From NCBI GenBank assembly GCA_965116025.1, contig OZ220480.1:1088001-1152000 (forward strand): a stretch of DNA of 64,000 bases, given 5' to 3'. Numbering within the stretch: the first letter of the stretch is position 1; the number at the start of each line of letters is the position of its first letter. Below, in pieces: positions 8,688 to 18,715 of the stretch. The translations under genes were made by a program, and so were the position numbers. Under the pieces are notes generated by a model. It did not search any database. It saw only the letters and a program-made list of their open reading frames with translations, and was not told the origin of the DNA. Source of the stretch: an uncultured candidatus Porisulfidus sp. GTDB lineage: Bacteria > Pseudomonadota > Gammaproteobacteria > Poriferisulfidales > Poriferisulfidaceae.

Positions 8688-9406
8688 AGATTCTGGTAGC
8701 GCACGCCGGTGTTGAGCCCGAGGTCGGCCCGAATCTGGGTCGCGCCGAACTGACGGATTCGTTTCGAGATCTCGCTGTCCGGATCGTTCAGGTCGCCGAA
8801 CAGGATGGCTTGGTGTCCGTCCTTGTGGCAGGCTTCCGCGCAAGCGGTCGTGTTCTCTCCGGCATCGACCTTATGCGCGCACATGGTGCAGCTCTCGACG
8901 CAACCTTTGCCGCGCGGCGCGTGGGGCAGCTGCTCGGTCAGGTTCTCATGGATGAACGAGCGCGCCTTGTAGGGGCAGGCCATCATGCAGTAGCGACAGC
9001 CTATGCATGTGTGCTTGTCGACCAGAACGATTCCGTCCTCACGCCGGAATGAGGCGCCCGTCGGGCAGACGTCGACGCAGGGGGGGCGCTCGCAGTGCTG
9101 GCACATCATGGGCAGCGACACGGTCCTTCCGCTGAGCGGGTCGCGCGCGGAAAGCTTGCGGATCCATTGCGCGTCGGTTTCGGGGCGGCCTAGATCCTGC
9201 AGGTTGTGCTCCGTGTCGCAGGCGTCCACGCAGGCGTCGCAGTCTTCTTGGCACAGACGGGCGTCCACCAGCAGTCCCCAGCGGACGGCGTCGGTCACCG
9301 GGGTCGCTGGATTCTTGGCGTATAGGAACACGCCGGGCGCGAGGGTCAAAGCTCCGGCCGCGCCGGCCCCGCGCAGAAATTCGCGGCGGGTCAGATCCGG
9401 GATCAT
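8684..9406 (-). CDS. dsrO: DsrO, periplasmic 4Fe-4S protein
   Basis: Tat motif TRREFL; CQHCERPPCVDVCP and CIGCRYCMMACP clusters. Confidence 0.95.
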   Translation of the reverse strand: MIPDLTRREFLRGAGAAGALTLAPGVFLYAKNPATPVTDAVRWGLLVDARLCQEDCDACVDACDTEHNLQDLGRPETDAQWIRKLSARDPLSGRTVSLPMMCQHCERPPCVDVCPTGASFRREDGIVLVDKHTCIGCRYCMMACPYKARSFIHENLTEQLPHAPRGKGCVESCTMCAHKVDAGENTTACAEACHKDGHQAILFGDLNDPDSEISKRIRQFGATQIRADLGLNTGVRYQNL

Positions 9407-9831
9407 TTATCGGGTCGCTCCCGGACCATGTCGTCCGGGCGTAGCCGGGAATGACGGGGAATCGCGCCATAGGCGTCCCGCGGGCGGTCGGCGTGGCATT
9501 CGAAGCAGTCGATTCGCACGCTGGCGAAGACGTGGCAGCTAGAGCAGAAATGGCTCGAATCGGAGGCCCGAGGGTATTCCCCTCGCTCGTTCGGCAAAAC
9601 GTGGCACTCCAGGCAGTTCTTCAGGGAATGGCGAATGGTGCGGACGCCCTTATGCACGGTCTCGTCGCGGTGATGCAGGAGAAACTCCCAGTGCCGCTCG
9701 CGCATCACCTGGGTGGGCTCCACGCATCGCTCGCCCTTGGCCTTCGGAAGCGACGGCCCCAGCCCCTCGGCCGAAGCGCTCCATGGCATCGTCAGCATGA
9801 TGGCCGACAGCATGAGAGGGATAGCCCGCAT
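9403..9831 (-). CDS. dsrJ: DsrJ, triheme cytochrome c
   Basis: Signal peptide and three CxxCH motifs (CLECH, CSSCH, CFECH). Confidence 0.93.
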   Translation of the reverse strand: MRAIPLMLSAIMLTMPWSASAEGLGPSLPKAKGERCVEPTQVMRERHWEFLLHHRDETVHKGVRTIRHSLKNCLECHVLPNERGEYPRASDSSHFCSSCHVFASVRIDCFECHADRPRDAYGAIPRHSRLRPDDMVRERPDK

Positions 9832-9852
9832 GACGCGCCGACCCCTTCGGAA

Positions 9853-11811
9853 TCAATGATCCCCCAGCGCCATGTCGATGTAGCCGGTGGGGCAGACGTC
9901 GGCGCAGATATGGCACCCGATGCACCGATCATAGTCGGTATCGACATAGCGCCCGGTGGTGCGCGCGTCCTTCTTGACCCGGAACACGGCGTCCTGCGGG
10001 CAGAACACGACGCAGTTGTCGCACTCGAAGCACATGCCGCAGCTCATGCAGCGGCCGGCCTCGGCGACGGCTTGCTCCTCGCTCAGCCCCACGACGCGCT
10101 CCTCGAAGTGTCCCAGCACCGCCTCGCTGTCCGGCCCGGACTCGCCGCGCAGGACGCGGGCCTGATAGGGGAAGTGCGCGAGGAACAGCTTCTCGTGGGT
10201 GATGATCTCTTGGCTGGAGCGGTCCTCGTAGTTGTGGACCGAGAAATCGCTGTCGCAGGTTCCCCGGATCTCGCCGACCTCGTAGGGCTTTGGGTCGAGT
10301 CCCGCCTCGCTCAGTTTCGCCAGCAGGTCGAAGTGGTGCACGTCCACTTTCGGGCGCTTGCGCAGTTCCGAGTTTTTCAGGTACTGGTCGATTCCCTCGG
10401 CGGCGATGGACGCTTGCCCGATCGCGGTCGTGAGCAAGTGCGGACGAATGATGTCGCCCGCCACGAAGTGTCCGGGCCGGCCCTCGACCTCGAAGAACTT
10501 GCTGGCGCCGATCAGGCCACGGCCGGCGTCGAGCTCCTCCAGGCCGCCGCTCAGGTCGCCGCCCTGTCCGATCGCGGACACGATCAGGTCGGCCTCGACC
10601 TCGAATTCCGTGCCGTCCACGGGGGTGGGGCGGCCTTCCTCCATGACGCATTCCGCCATTTTCAGAGCGCGGGCGCGGCCCGCGTCATTAAGCAGCACCT
10701 CGACCGGCATGACGCCGTCGCGGATATCGACCCCCTCGCGCAAGGCGTCGTGCACCTCGTGCTCGGCGGCGGTCATCTCTTCTTTGGGGAACAGGGAGGT
10801 CAGCGTCACCTTCGCGCCTTCGCGGGCGGCGGCCATCGCGGCGTCGTGCGCCACGTAGCCACCGACGACGTGCTCGGGGCGCAGGGTCTCGTCCATGCTC
10901 GGGATCTTGCCAAGCCGCCGCGCGACGGAGACCACGTCGATGGACGTGTCGCCGCCGCCTACGCAGATCACCCGGTCGGCGGTCACCTGGAGGTGGCCCT
11001 TATTGAAAGCCTCGAGGAAGGCTACGCCGGAGACGCAGTTCGGCGCGTCGCTGTTGGGGACCGGCAGCTTGCGACCGGTTTGGCAGCCGACCGCCCAGAG
11101 TATGGCGTCGAATTCCTCTTCCAGCTCCTTGATGGTGACGTCGCTCCCGACCTTGGTGTTGTTGCGCACCTCGATGTCGCCCATCTCCAGGATTCGCTCG
11201 ATCTCGCGGTCCAGGTAGGCGCGTGGCGTGCGGTAGCCGGGGATTCCGTAGCGCATCATGCCGCCGAGCTCTTCCTGGCTTTCGAAGAGGACGCTCGCAT
11301 GTCCACGGCGGCGCAGTTGGTAGGCGCCCGCCAGTCCCGCGGGGCCGCCGCCGATGATGGCGACCCGCTTGCCGCTGGTCCGTTCCGAGCGCTCGAACCG
11401 GAAGCCTTCGTCGTAGGCGATGTCGCCGATGTATTGCTCGACCGCGTTGATGCCGACGAAGTCCTCGACATGGTTGCGGTTGCAACCGTCCTGGCACGGG
11501 GCCGGACACACCCGGCCCATCATGGACGGGAACGGGTTGGCGTCGGTCGAGCGGCGGAACGCGTATTCCTGCATGCTCATGCCTTCCGGCGGAGTCTCGA
11601 TGCCGCGCACGATGTCCAGCCAGCCGCGGATGTCCTCGCCGGACGGGCAGCTACCTTGGCAGGGCGGGGTGCGATGCACGTAGGTCGGGCATTTGTGCGA
11701 ATGATCCGCCTCGAAGATCTGGTCTCCGGGCCGACCCCACTGGTGGTCGTCGTCCTGGAAGCGGCGGAAGGTGAGTTTCCGCTCTATCGGGGATTCGTTC
11801 GGGGTGCTCAT
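9853..11811 (-). CDS. dsrL: DsrL, iron-sulfur flavoprotein NAD(P)H oxidoreductase
   Basis: GltD-like core (GGGPAG, GGGDTSIDV) with a C-terminal ferredoxin; located between dsrK and dsrJ. Confidence 0.95.
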   Translation of the reverse strand: MSTPNESPIERKLTFRRFQDDDHQWGRPGDQIFEADHSHKCPTYVHRTPPCQGSCPSGEDIRGWLDIVRGIETPPEGMSMQEYAFRRSTDANPFPSMMGRVCPAPCQDGCNRNHVEDFVGINAVEQYIGDIAYDEGFRFERSERTSGKRVAIIGGGPAGLAGAYQLRRRGHASVLFESQEELGGMMRYGIPGYRTPRAYLDREIERILEMGDIEVRNNTKVGSDVTIKELEEEFDAILWAVGCQTGRKLPVPNSDAPNCVSGVAFLEAFNKGHLQVTADRVICVGGGDTSIDVVSVARRLGKIPSMDETLRPEHVVGGYVAHDAAMAAAREGAKVTLTSLFPKEEMTAAEHEVHDALREGVDIRDGVMPVEVLLNDAGRARALKMAECVMEEGRPTPVDGTEFEVEADLIVSAIGQGGDLSGGLEELDAGRGLIGASKFFEVEGRPGHFVAGDIIRPHLLTTAIGQASIAAEGIDQYLKNSELRKRPKVDVHHFDLLAKLSEAGLDPKPYEVGEIRGTCDSDFSVHNYEDRSSQEIITHEKLFLAHFPYQARVLRGESGPDSEAVLGHFEERVVGLSEEQAVAEAGRCMSCGMCFECDNCVVFCPQDAVFRVKKDARTTGRYVDTDYDRCIGCHICADVCPTGYIDMALGDH

Positions 11812-11832
11812 TGGGTTCTCCTAGGAGTGGTT

Positions 11833-13365
11833 TCAGGCGGCCTCGCTCAGTTCCGCCTCTTTCTCTTGCTCGCTTCCGGCGAGGATGATCGCGTTGCTCA
11901 CCAGCTGGTGAACGCTGACGATCTGGTCCATGCGGAATCCGTAGTAGGTCAGGACCTTGGCGAACTGGCTTTTGCAGATCGCGCAGATGGCGGCCATGTG
12001 GGTGACGCCATGGTCCTCCACGACTCGCTTGAGCGCCTCCATGCGAGGCAGCGCCCCCTTGACGCGCAGCTCGATCAGGTCGTCGGTCAGCAGCCCGCCG
12101 CCGCCGCCGCAACAGAACGTCGCCTCGCGCACGGTGTCGGCCGGCATGTCGTGGAAATGGTCGCAACTGGCCCGAATGATGGCGCGCGGGATCTCGAACT
12201 GCCCGCCGGGCGCGTCGCCCATGCGCGAGGCGCGGGCCACGTTGCAGGAATCGTGGTAGGTCAGCACCATGTCGTCGTTGCGCGACTTGTCCAGCCGGAG
12301 CTTTCCCTCCTGGATCAGGCCGTGGGTGACCTCGCAGATATGCTGGGGAACGGGGTAGTTCGGATCCAGGAAGTCGAAAGGACCCGCCAGCGTGTTGAGA
12401 AAGCTGTAGGCGACGCGCCAGGCGTGGCCGCACTCGCCGAACACGATGCGCTTCACGCCAAGCTTCAGCGCGGCCTCTCGCACGCGCAGCGCGACCTTGC
12501 GCATGTTCTCGTAGCTGCCGATGAACATCCCGAAGTTCGCCGCCTCGGAGGCATGCGAGCTCAGGGTCCAGGATAGCCCCGCCTCATGCAGGACCTTGGC
12601 GTACCCGATCAGGCCGTCGACGTGGGGCTCGGCGAAAAAGTCGGCGGACGGGGTGACCAGCAGGATGTCCGCGCCTTTCTGGTCCAGCGGAAACTTGACC
12701 GAGACTCCGGTATCCTCCTCGACCTCTTCCTCCAGGCTTTCCAGGGTGTCCAGAAGGGCGGGCTGCGGCAGGCCCAGGTTGTTGCCGATGGTGTGCACCT
12801 TGCCGATGATCTCGTTGCAGTATTTCTGCCCTTTCCCGATCGAGTCCATGACCTCGCGCGCCGCCATCGAGATTTCCGCGGTGTCGATGCCATACGGGCA
12901 GTAGACCGAGCATCGACGGCATTGCGAGCACTGGTGAAAGTACTTGTACCAGTCGTCGAGCACTTCTTCGGTCAGGTCCTCGGCGCCAACCAGCCATGGG
13001 AGATACTTTCCGGCGAACGTGTAATGGCGCCGGTAGACCTTGCGGAACAGGTCCTGACGGGCGACCGGCATGTTCTTGGGATCGGTGGTGCCGAGGTAGT
13101 AGTGACACTTGTCGGTGCAGGCGCCGCATTTGACGCAGGAATCGAGGAAAACCCGCAGCGAGCGGTAGCGGTCCGTCAGCTCGCCCATCTTCTTGATCGC
13201 CACGTCATGCCAGTCGTCCACCAACTCGCCTGGAAAGCCCAGCGGCTCTTGGAAGTCCGGCTTGGCGACGAACGGTTGGCTGTGCGCCATCGCGTCCTCG
13301 ACCAGTTTCGGGATGACCGGATACGGCTTCAGATCCGGGATATCGAACGCGGGTCGCTCAGCCAT
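11833..13365 (-). CDS. dsrK: DsrK, HdrD-like (Fe-S plus CCG domain)
   Basis: CVKCGACTDKC, CSQCRRCSVYCP, GECGH and CCGGGGG motifs. Confidence 0.96.
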   Translation of the reverse strand: MAERPAFDIPDLKPYPVIPKLVEDAMAHSQPFVAKPDFQEPLGFPGELVDDWHDVAIKKMGELTDRYRSLRVFLDSCVKCGACTDKCHYYLGTTDPKNMPVARQDLFRKVYRRHYTFAGKYLPWLVGAEDLTEEVLDDWYKYFHQCSQCRRCSVYCPYGIDTAEISMAAREVMDSIGKGQKYCNEIIGKVHTIGNNLGLPQPALLDTLESLEEEVEEDTGVSVKFPLDQKGADILLVTPSADFFAEPHVDGLIGYAKVLHEAGLSWTLSSHASEAANFGMFIGSYENMRKVALRVREAALKLGVKRIVFGECGHAWRVAYSFLNTLAGPFDFLDPNYPVPQHICEVTHGLIQEGKLRLDKSRNDDMVLTYHDSCNVARASRMGDAPGGQFEIPRAIIRASCDHFHDMPADTVREATFCCGGGGGLLTDDLIELRVKGALPRMEALKRVVEDHGVTHMAAICAICKSQFAKVLTYYGFRMDQIVSVHQLVSNAIILAGSEQEKEAELSEAA

Positions 13366-14095
13366 TGCCTTTCTCGAGTTTCAAAGCCCAGGCGGAGACG
13401 TGGCGGCGCTCCCTCGGGTCGTCGGCCTGGTTGCGCGTGGGGCTGAAGAGCACGCCCGGGGCGTGCAGCAGCTTGCTGAACGGAAACACTAGCATCAACA
13501 GCGCGACGAGCGCCAGATGGAGGTACAGCAACGGATCGGGCGGCAACGGCTGCGGGTCGAACAGCATCAGTCCCAAGAAGAACGCCTTGACCGCCACCAC
13601 GTCGGTTCCGATGGCGAAGCTCATGGCGATTCCGGTGATGCCGATGGCGATCAGCAAGGCCAGCATGAGGTGGTCGGACGGCGCGGAGATGTAGCGCACC
13701 CGATCCACCGCCACGCGTCGCGCCCAGAGGCCGAGAAGCCCGGCCACCATCATCAGGGAAGCGTATTTTCCGTACGGTTGCAGAAACGCCACCCAGCCCC
13801 AGACGGGATCGGTGAAGTAGCGCAGGTGGCGCAGCAGCACCAGCAGCAGGCCGAAGTGGAACATCCAGCCGAACAGCCAGGTCCACTTGCTCGATTTGAA
13901 CAGGCTCTCGAAAAGGGTCAGCTCCCGGATCATGCGCAGGACGACGCCGGATCGACTAGTCGGGGCGGGCGTGGTCGGGATCTTGAGCGGGGCCGGGACT
14001 CTGGCGTACCGGAGGACGCGCAGGGCGATTCCGAGCGTCAGCACCAAGGTGGCGCCGTAATAGAGGAAGGCCAGAATCAGGCTCGAGGCGTCCAT
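13358..14095 (-). CDS. dsrM: DsrM, NarI-like membrane cytochrome b
   Basis: FHFGLLLVLLRHLRYF and FPFSKLLHAPG motifs. Confidence 0.95.
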   Translation of the reverse strand: MDASSLILAFLYYGATLVLTLGIALRVLRYARVPAPLKIPTTPAPTSRSGVVLRMIRELTLFESLFKSSKWTWLFGWMFHFGLLLVLLRHLRYFTDPVWGWVAFLQPYGKYASLMMVAGLLGLWARRVAVDRVRYISAPSDHLMLALLIAIGITGIAMSFAIGTDVVAVKAFFLGLMLFDPQPLPPDPLLYLHLALVALLMLVFPFSKLLHAPGVLFSPTRNQADDPRERRHVSAWALKLEKGNG

Positions 14096-14132
14096 GTCGG
14101 CATGCGCGGTCGCCGCGCGGCGACCGCTCGAA

Positions 14133-14465
14133 TTAAACGCAGCCGGTCGGTTTCGGCAGTCCCGCGTATTTGCAGGCTTGCTTGGCCGGGCCGTAGGGGA
14201 ACAGCTCGTACAGGTATTTGCTATTGCCCTTGTCCTTGCCCAGCTTCTTGCCGATCGCCTTGGTCAGGACGCGAACCGCCGGAGCGATCTGGTACTCCTC
14301 GTAGTACTCGCGAAGAAAGTTGATGACCTCCCAGTGGTTATCGTCCAAAGACGTGCCGTCCACCTCGGCCATGGCGTCCGCGAGGGCGGGCTCCCATTCG
14401 CTGATATTGGCCAGATAGCCTTCTTCGTCGGTCTCGTAGCTTTTGCCGTTGACTTCAAGGGGCAT
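14133..14465 (-). CDS. dsrC: DsrC sulfur carrier
   Basis: Two-Cys C-terminal arm ACKYAGLPKPTGCV. Confidence 0.97.
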   Translation of the reverse strand: MPLEVNGKSYETDEEGYLANISEWEPALADAMAEVDGTSLDDNHWEVINFLREYYEEYQIAPAVRVLTKAIGKKLGKDKGNSKYLYELFPYGPAKQACKYAGLPKPTGCV

Positions 14466-14499
14466 GGTTGTGACTCCTGTCTCGTTGAGACGGTTTGGT

Positions 14500-14808
14500 T
14501 TATAGCCAGGATTGGACGCTGTCGCGCTCGCGCGCGAGCTCCACGAAACGGTCGTAGCCGACGATCTCGATCCCGTCGATGACGCGGTCTCTGGGCAACC
14601 CGCGCGCGTCCAGGTCGGGACCCAGAACGTACATGGACAGTCGCTTCGCCGAATTCTTGAGGGTCTCGGCGCATTCGGTCCCGTCCAGAGCCGCGACCAC
14701 GGCGTCCTCGATCAGCAGGACCGCGTGGCCGTCCTTGGCCAGCCGCAGGCAGGAGCGCAGGGAGTCGCGCTCGAACGGAGACTTGTTGACGGTGTGCAGC
14801 AGGCTCAT
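14500..14808 (-). CDS. dsrH: DsrH/TusB
   Basis: MSLLHTVNKSPF...LLIEDAV...QSWL. Confidence 0.95.
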   Translation of the reverse strand: MSLLHTVNKSPFERDSLRSCLRLAKDGHAVLLIEDAVVAALDGTECAETLKNSAKRLSMYVLGPDLDARGLPRDRVIDGIEIVGYDRFVELARERDSVQSWL

Positions 14809-14810
14809 GG

Positions 14811-15227
14811 TCAGAAGCTCAGAATCACGTCCTGCTCGTCCATCAGCGCGGCCAGCTCTTCGCTGCCCACGACCCGAAGAGACTCCTTTTCCGCCCAATC
14901 GTCGTCCTCGTCCTCATAGGTGAGCGGCATCAGGTCCTCGACGCTCAGCCCGCGCGCCTCCAGCGATTCGCGTTCCACGTAGATGTGGCGGACGTCGTAG
15001 TCTCCGAGCGCCGCGTAGGTGGGCGAGAAGTTCTTCATGCCGATGCCGTCGGTATTCTGGTTCCGGGTCAGCTGGTACACGCCGTCGTCGAGGAAGGCCA
15101 GGCTGACCTGCTGGTCGAACGCCGCCCCGATCAGGACCACCTCCAGCGATTCCAGCGCGTAGACGGTGCCGTACGGAGCCTTTCGGTTGACGTACATGAG
15201 TTTCTTCACGACGCTTTCCTCGCTCAC
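14811..15227 (-). CDS. dsrF: DsrF/TusC
   Basis: GTG start; KKLMYVNRKAPYGTVYALESLE...FLDDGVYQL. Confidence 0.95.
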   Translation of the reverse strand: MSEESVVKKLMYVNRKAPYGTVYALESLEVVLIGAAFDQQVSLAFLDDGVYQLTRNQNTDGIGMKNFSPTYAALGDYDVRHIYVERESLEARGLSVEDLMPLTYEDEDDDWAEKESLRVVGSEELAALMDEQDVILSF

Positions 15228-15229
15228 TT

Positions 15230-15622
15230 TCAATCTCCGAAGGTCACCAGCCGGTCCGCCTGGGTGGCGGCCTCGATCAGCTGTCCCAGTCCGGAGATGC
15301 GAAATCCCGGCGCGATATTGTCGGCGTCCTTGCCATGGCGCTGGGCTTCGTCCGGGTCCAGAATCCCGCGTCGCTGCGCCGCGGCCACGCACAGGACCAA
15401 GTCCAGGTCGTGCTCCCGGGCCAACTCCGACCAGCGGTCCACGATGTTGCGGTCGTCTTGCGGCGGGACGGTCAGCCGGGTGCCGTTGTTGACCCCGTCG
15501 TGGTAGAAGAACACCCGGAAGATCTCATGCCCGCCGTCCAGCGCCGCGCGGACGAACTGGTAGGCGCTGTCGGAGGCTTGATGCTGGTAAGGACCCTCGT
15601 TGACCAGGATTCCGAACTTCAC
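15230..15622 (-). CDS. dsrE: DsrE/TusD
   Basis: GTG start; KFGILVNEGPY...FFYHDGV...LCVAAAQRRG (active-site Cys). Confidence 0.95.
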   Translation of the reverse strand: MKFGILVNEGPYQHQASDSAYQFVRAALDGGHEIFRVFFYHDGVNNGTRLTVPPQDDRNIVDRWSELAREHDLDLVLCVAAAQRRGILDPDEAQRHGKDADNIAPGFRISGLGQLIEAATQADRLVTFGD

Positions 15623-15650
15623 GACGGCGCTTCCCTTTGAGAACCTGGGG

Positions 15651-16724
15651 TCAGAAGCGAATGTGCGCCGAGGCGTTGAGGCTGGATCGGGAGCCGCGCC
15701 AGTTGTTGATGTGGAACTTGGTGAACGGCAGTCCGGCCCGCTCGAAGAACTGAGGCCATCCAATTCGCTCGATCCAGTCGTTGATCCGCTCCCAGTCCCG
15801 AGCGTCGTCGCGGTAGGCGCGCAGGATGCGCTTGACCACGGCGGTGGCTTCCGGCCATCGCGGCGGATTGTTCGGTATGCCAGCCGCTACCAGCTTCTGG
15901 AACGTCGGCTTTCCACGGGCGTTGGAGTGGTTGCCGCCGACCCAGATCGCGAGCTTGGTGTGCTCCGGGTCGTTGATCTGCATGGGCGGGCAGGGCGGGT
16001 AGCAGGCCCCGCAGCAGATGCACTTCTTCTCGTCGACCTCGAGCGAGGGCTTGTTGTTCACCAAGGCCGGGCGGATCGCGGCGACCGGGCAACGGGCCAC
16101 CACCGAGGGCCGCTCGCAGACGTTGGAGACCAGGTCGTGGTTGATCTTGGGAGGTTTGGTGTGCTGGACGTTGATCGCGATATCGCCTTGGCCGCCGCAG
16201 TTGATCTGGCAACAGGACGTGGTGATGTGCACCCGGTTGGGCATGTTCCAGCCGCGGAACTCGTCGATCAGCTCGTCCATCATCGCCTTGACCACGCCGG
16301 AGGCGTCGGTGCCGGGGATGTCGCAGTGCAACCAGCCTTGCGTGTGCGAGATCATCGCCACCGAGTTCTTGGTTCCGCCGACCACGAAGCCGGAGTCTTC
16401 CAACGCCTCGATAAGCGGCTCGACCTTGCTTCCGTCGTCCACCATGTATTCGATGTTGCTGCGGATGGTGAAGCGGACGTAGCCGTCGCCGAACTGATCC
16501 CCGATGTCGCACAGCTTGCGCAGGGTGAACACGTCCAGGATGCGCTGGGTGCCCGCGCGCACGGTCCATATGGATTCCCCGTTGCGCGCGACATGGCGCA
16601 ACACGCCAGGGCGGGGATCCTCGTGGTAGGCCCAGTTCCCGTAATGCTTGCGCATCAGCGGGTGCAGGTACTGGAAGCCGTCCGGGCAACCGGATTCGAC
16701 GGGAGAGCGGTGTTCCGTAGCCAT
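15651..16724 (-). CDS. dsrB: Reverse dissimilatory sulfite reductase beta subunit
   Basis: HTQGWLHCDIP, SCCQINCGG and CICCGACYPPC motifs. Confidence 0.97.
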   Translation of the reverse strand: MATEHRSPVESGCPDGFQYLHPLMRKHYGNWAYHEDPRPGVLRHVARNGESIWTVRAGTQRILDVFTLRKLCDIGDQFGDGYVRFTIRSNIEYMVDDGSKVEPLIEALEDSGFVVGGTKNSVAMISHTQGWLHCDIPGTDASGVVKAMMDELIDEFRGWNMPNRVHITTSCCQINCGGQGDIAINVQHTKPPKINHDLVSNVCERPSVVARCPVAAIRPALVNNKPSLEVDEKKCICCGACYPPCPPMQINDPEHTKLAIWVGGNHSNARGKPTFQKLVAAGIPNNPPRWPEATAVVKRILRAYRDDARDWERINDWIERIGWPQFFERAGLPFTKFHINNWRGSRSSLNASAHIRF

Positions 16725-16744
16725 AAGTCAACGCCTCCGCGATC

Positions 16745-18010
16745 TCAGGCCGCCGCCTGGGCGGGTCGCTCGGATTTGCGCCGAAACCACTTCTCGGCCT
16801 CCTCCTCCCAGTCGTCCATGCGGACGTAGGAGCTGGTGCGCGGCTCGTTGATCATGTTGGGATCCACCTCCACGCCGATGCCTTCCAGAAAGTTGACCAG
16901 GCCGATGCGCTCGATCATCTCGCCACAACGCTCGTGCTCCAAGCCGTTCTCGGCCCAGAAGTCGATGGTCTCCTCGGCGAGCTCGATCAGCCGCTCGTAG
17001 TCCTCCTCGGTCTCGAGCTTCATGAACGGCACGATCATGGTGCCCATCAGGTCGCCGATCTTCAACGTGCGCTTGCCGCCGATCAGGATCGAGACGCCCT
17101 TGTCGTCTCCTGGAGACAGGGCCTTGGGCAGCACGTTCAGGCAATGCATGCAGCGCACGCAGTTTCGGTTGTCGACTTGAAGCTGGTCGTCGTCCGACAG
17201 GGACAGGGCGTTCGTCGGGCAACGCGTGATCACGTTGTCGATCAGGTACTGGCGGCCCTTGGTCTCGAGGTAGCCGGCGATGGCGTCTTGGTCCACCTTC
17301 ATGTCGTCCCGCCACGTGCCGATGATGGAGAAGTCGGAGCGCTCGATCGAGTTCATGCAGTCGTTGCCGCACCCGGACACCTTGAACTTGAACTTGTAGG
17401 GCAGGGCCGGGCGATGCACGTCGTCGGTGAAGTTGTTGAGCAACGCCCGATGGATGCGCATCTCGTCGGCGTTCGATTGCTCGCAACGGGCCGCGCCGAC
17501 GCAGGACATGCCGGTGCGGACGCAGGGGCCGGCGCCGCCGAGGTCGAAGCCGTAGTCGTTGATCTCGTCGAAGAAGTGCTGGGTGTTCTCCGTGCTGGCG
17601 CCGATGAACATGATGTTCCCGGTTTGGCCGTGGAAGGTCACGAGCCCCGAGCCCCAGCGCTCCCAGCTGTCGCCAAGCTGACGCAGAACGTCCGTGGTGT
17701 AGTAGTTGCCCGCGGGCGGTTGCACGCGCAGGGTGTGGAATTCCTTGGAGGCGGGGAAGGACGCGCCGACTTCCGAGAACCGGGGGATGATGCCGCTGCC
17801 GTATCCGTAGACGCTTACCGTCCCTCCTTTCCAGTAGCCCTTGCGGGTTTCGTAAGAGTGCTCGAGCTGTCCGAGCAGGTCGTTCGCGACGCCGTTGACC
17901 CGTTGGTCAGGGTGCTGGTCGCGGAGCCGCTTGATGCCGGAAATGAAGCTCGGCCAAGGGCCTTGCTCCAGCTCGTCCAGCATCGGCGTTTTGTGCTGTT
18001 CGTCGGTCAT
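16745..18010 (-). CDS. dsrA: Reverse dissimilatory sulfite reductase alpha subunit
   Basis: TPMLDELEQGPWPSF, GYWKGG, CVGAARCE and YKFKFKVSGCGNDC motifs. Presence of dsrEFH and dsrL indicates the oxidative type. Confidence 0.97.
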   Translation of the reverse strand: MTDEQHKTPMLDELEQGPWPSFISGIKRLRDQHPDQRVNGVANDLLGQLEHSYETRKGYWKGGTVSVYGYGSGIIPRFSEVGASFPASKEFHTLRVQPPAGNYYTTDVLRQLGDSWERWGSGLVTFHGQTGNIMFIGASTENTQHFFDEINDYGFDLGGAGPCVRTGMSCVGAARCEQSNADEMRIHRALLNNFTDDVHRPALPYKFKFKVSGCGNDCMNSIERSDFSIIGTWRDDMKVDQDAIAGYLETKGRQYLIDNVITRCPTNALSLSDDDQLQVDNRNCVRCMHCLNVLPKALSPGDDKGVSILIGGKRTLKIGDLMGTMIVPFMKLETEEDYERLIELAEETIDFWAENGLEHERCGEMIERIGLVNFLEGIGVEVDPNMINEPRTSSYVRMDDWEEEAEKWFRRKSERPAQAAA

Positions 18011-18715
18011 GGTTCACGTCCTCCTGTCGACACGCTTGCCAGCGCGTAGGATAAATGATTTCGGGGCAGATATGAATTTCACTAAGGGGTGAGCCTGTGA
18101 TCGCCCCATTATATTCCTTAATGAGTAGGCTCCGGCTTTCGCCCCGAACCCCGCCCGCTCGCGACCTCCTCCATGCAATTCCCCAAGCCTGCCGATTCGT
18201 CCGCGAGAGCCGGCCATCTCATGGCGCGGCGCGGCGATGTCCCGGCGGGGATTCTACAGGAGCCGATAATCAAGGGTGGCCGATCTGGCTGGAAGAACTT
18301 CTCGCGATTCGAGCGCCGCGCTTGGCGCTCGGATCCGTATTCGCGGCGCGACTCCAGATTCCTGGGCGGGGAGCGACGGGAGGGTGGCGTCTTGGATTCT
18401 GGCGCGAACCCCCGGCCCAGTGCCGCGCGCAAGTCTATGATTTCACAGACGATCATTCGTCCTATAACAGGCGGGGCGGAAAGTCAAGCGAAAACGGTCA
18501 CGAGAAAGTGACCATTTACGCTTGCGTTTTCCCGCGCTTTGGGGCATGGTCGGAGGCTCGCCGGATGGAGGCCGAGACCCGCGCGCTCCGTCCTCGCCCT
18601 TTGACCTGGATCAGGAGATCTCTCATGGAACATCATCAGCAACGAATTCCCGCCGAATCGGCTTCCGAGCGTCCGGCCCCACGGCCGCCAGCGTTTGATA
18701 TATATGGTTCGCCCC

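Noticed and set aside
9451-12576. 1041-aa plus-strand ORF
   Set aside because: Antisense shadow of dsrJ/L/K in high-GC DNA.
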